A stretch of DNA of 64,000 bases from the human T2T-CHM13v2.0 reference genome, Homo sapiens. Of the stretch, positions 61,302-64,000 are shown piece after piece. The translations under genes were made by a program, and so were the position numbers. The stretch lies in NCBI RefSeq assembly GCF_009914755.1, contig NC_060927.1; one strand, 5' to 3'. Every line of letters starts with the position of its first letter. Position 1 is the stretch's first letter. Below the pieces are notes generated by a model, which was given only the letters and a program-made list of their open reading frames with translations, was not told where the DNA came from and made no database searches.

Positions 61302-64000
61302 CCTTTTGCCTTCTTAATATCAGGTGGGAGGGGTTCTTTCTCTATTGTTCTTCTCTAAAGATCCCATGTCTCCCAGAACCTGTAGGATCTCTGAATACTA
61401 ACCTGAGTGATGGCAGAACAGATTAGCTATAGGGCCAATGCTTTCCTTCCCTCTCTGGCCCCAGATCCTGAGGGCCAGACCCAGGCCTACAGAAATTCCT
61501 CTCACAGGCAGTCCCCCATCACTCACATTGACTGATCAGTTATAGGGGTATTGGCTCAGAGCCTTCAGAGAGGACTGTCTAACCTTGCATTTTCCCCAAT
61601 GTGTTCTGCAGAATTTGTAAACAAGTGTCCTCTGGGAAAAATAATGTAGGTAAAATTTTCCCCTTTGTAATACATTTGTTGAAAAGTATAGAAGACACTA
61701 ACATGTTTTATTGTTCTTTTTATTATGTAATGGTATGCTTTTAAGAAGTGACAGCCAATCTTGAACGTGGCAGGGAGATAGAGGAGAAGTCCCAGCTCCT
61801 TGAATACATGGCTGTACTTGCTAATTGAGAACGTGCTTCTGCCTGATGCTCTACAGTTTGGCAGCATAATTGCAGTTTTTTATTCTTAATAAAACAAATT
61901 ATTTAATTTCCCTAATTGGTTACTTTTGCTTCTCATATAAAGTTTTTCTTTAAAAAAAATCATATGATTAAGGTTTTGATAATTTTTTCAGGTGATTTAT
62001 TCATGGAACCATGTTGGCTGTGTTACTTTACTTCAAGTGTGTCTTGCATCTCCTGAGGGCCAACTGATGACTTAACAGTGCATGATGATTTTAAAATTGT
62101 TCGCTGGTCCTATAAGCTTGCAAAATCTTGTCCTAAGATATGTTCTCTAATGCTTCCAGAAAGGGTCTCTGGGATCCCTGGTCCATCATGGTCCAGGCAA
62201 CCCCTAAAAGGCAGTCCATTGACTTTCTAAGTTCTTTATGGGTTACACTATTCTCAGAAAGCTTGTCAGCCCTAGAGCTAGTCTGGAGGTAAACAGGATG
62301 GTTTGCCATCACAGATGGGTAAAGCAGTATCTATGTGGATTTTTTTCTGCTTGCTTTAGAGAAGCTAGAACCAAAGCTCCTACAACAGACATTGATGTTC
62401 TTAGTTCTCTGCAGTAACCACTGGCTTTGTGGATAACAGCTCTTCCAGCTTCTCTAGTACAGTGAACTTCACATGCCAGTCCACAGTCTGGTGCTGAGCT
62501 AGCTGTGTCACCATCACAGGGGAGAATTGGACTAAGATGCAGATTCCTGGACTCCACCTGAAAAGATTCTCAGTCAGTAGGTCTGAGGTGAGGCCCAGGG
62601 GGCCCCATTTTTAACAGACTCATAACTGAAGCTTCCAAAGGTGTTGTCCCTTTGAGAAGCACTGAAATTCTCTGCAACTGTGAGGTGAAACAGGACAAGG
62701 TTATAGAATCTGGTGAAGCCATGATCTACTCCCACAGTCTTAGGGCCTGGATGAAACTCTTTCTGGATTTTGGAGGTCAGAAGCCAGTATTAGGGAGTTT
62801 TGGAAAAAGAGACCTGGCACCAAGTGGCAGGTATTCTTATTCGTTCTAGGAAACTCTGACTCCCCAGAGGTTTTTTTGGGGCAGTCCTTAGGACTTCCTG
62901 CCTTTTGTTGTCAGAATCAGGGCAACTCCTGGCCAGGAACTTCAGGAAGCTTACATCCAGGGAATGAGAACAGAGTGGAATTTGGTTATTTCTGAGGATC
63001 AAGTTTCTGTAGATATTTACCCTGTTTTTGAGATTTCTGGGCTACAAGAGGACCCACTGGGTCTCTTCTTCATAGGCTATAGTAGCACCTTGACTTGAAT
63101 TTCTGAGATCTGATGAGTGAGCAGTTTCTAAGAAGAAGACTAAATGTGATTGAACAGATAACAGGTGTTTCACATTTGCCATTTCGATAGTGATGGAAAT
63201 AGCTATGGTTGGTCTTTGATTAAGACCTATGTTCTGGGAGAACCAGCTGACTCAGAGCTGCTTGGTAGAGGCTGGTGTGAATAAGGGTGACAGTGAGGGT
63301 CTCCCTGAGATTACAGTGGGCAAGGCAAGACAGAGGGTTCTTCCGACCAGATTTTGTAGATCTTAGCAGGATGTTTCTCTGATTACACAACAATCATAAA
63401 CTCGCTATCTCCTGAGTGTGTGCTAATTGAGTCTGATCACAGAAATGACTAAGCCTCATGAGGTGAATTACTCAAATCCTCGATTCACAACAGTAACAAC
63501 AGCACCTCATTATGTACAGTGAGTTTACAAAGTGCTTCTGCATAATTATCCCTTTTTGTCTCCACAGAAATCCTGTACAGTAGGTCAAAGGCATTCTCTT
63601 AAATAAGAGAAAACTAAGAACCAATGAAGGTCTGTGCTTACCGTGATATAAAGATGTTAATTGGACTGAACAAGCTTATCTCTGAGTCTTTTGATTCCAG
63701 ATTCAGAGCTTTACAATCTCTGGGGCAGGTCTGGCTGACTACAGCAGGTCTGGAATGCTACTGATTGGGGCACCATTGGAGAGTTCTGGGACTTGAGAGA
63801 GGCAGCAACTGATCTGAATGTGTTCAGATTTGGTGAGATTTCAAGGGGCCTCTGAGAACAGCCTTTTTGTCCTGTAACTCACTGAGGTCTTAAGAACCCA
63901 ATAGAGGTCTTTCCCTACTAATGTAGCATTTGACTCTGTATAGTAGATATGATGTGGATAAACAGGTAATTATAGTTTTTCCAGAACTTAATTAGTAAGC

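Overview
Human (primate) genomic DNA containing the 5' half of SCN10A (voltage-gated sodium channel Nav1.8 alpha subunit) on the minus strand. Fourteen coding exons join in frame into 2280 nt (codons 1-760): N-terminus, domain I, the DI-DII loop and DII S1 to mid-S4. The gene continues past position 1 (3' half). Positions 56254-64000 look like the intron upstream of the first coding exon; no promoter or CpG island is evident. Introns are dominated by transposons: a full-length old primate L1 filling intron 4, a near-complete Hsmar1 mariner, a decayed hAT-Charlie transposase element, L1PA, L1M, L2, MIR, Alu and LTR fragments. I found no convincing new biological system. The most notable observations are a U12-type intron with AT-AG termini, an out-of-frame uATG at -8, an L1 inserted about 20-35 nt from a splice donor, inverted repeats around exon 4, a NAGNAG acceptor, a convergent pair of CTCF-like motifs and a local ~250-bp duplication. 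Exon numbers count coding exons. Exon boundaries were read base by base; repeat boundaries and subfamily names are approximate and recognised from memory, not from a search.
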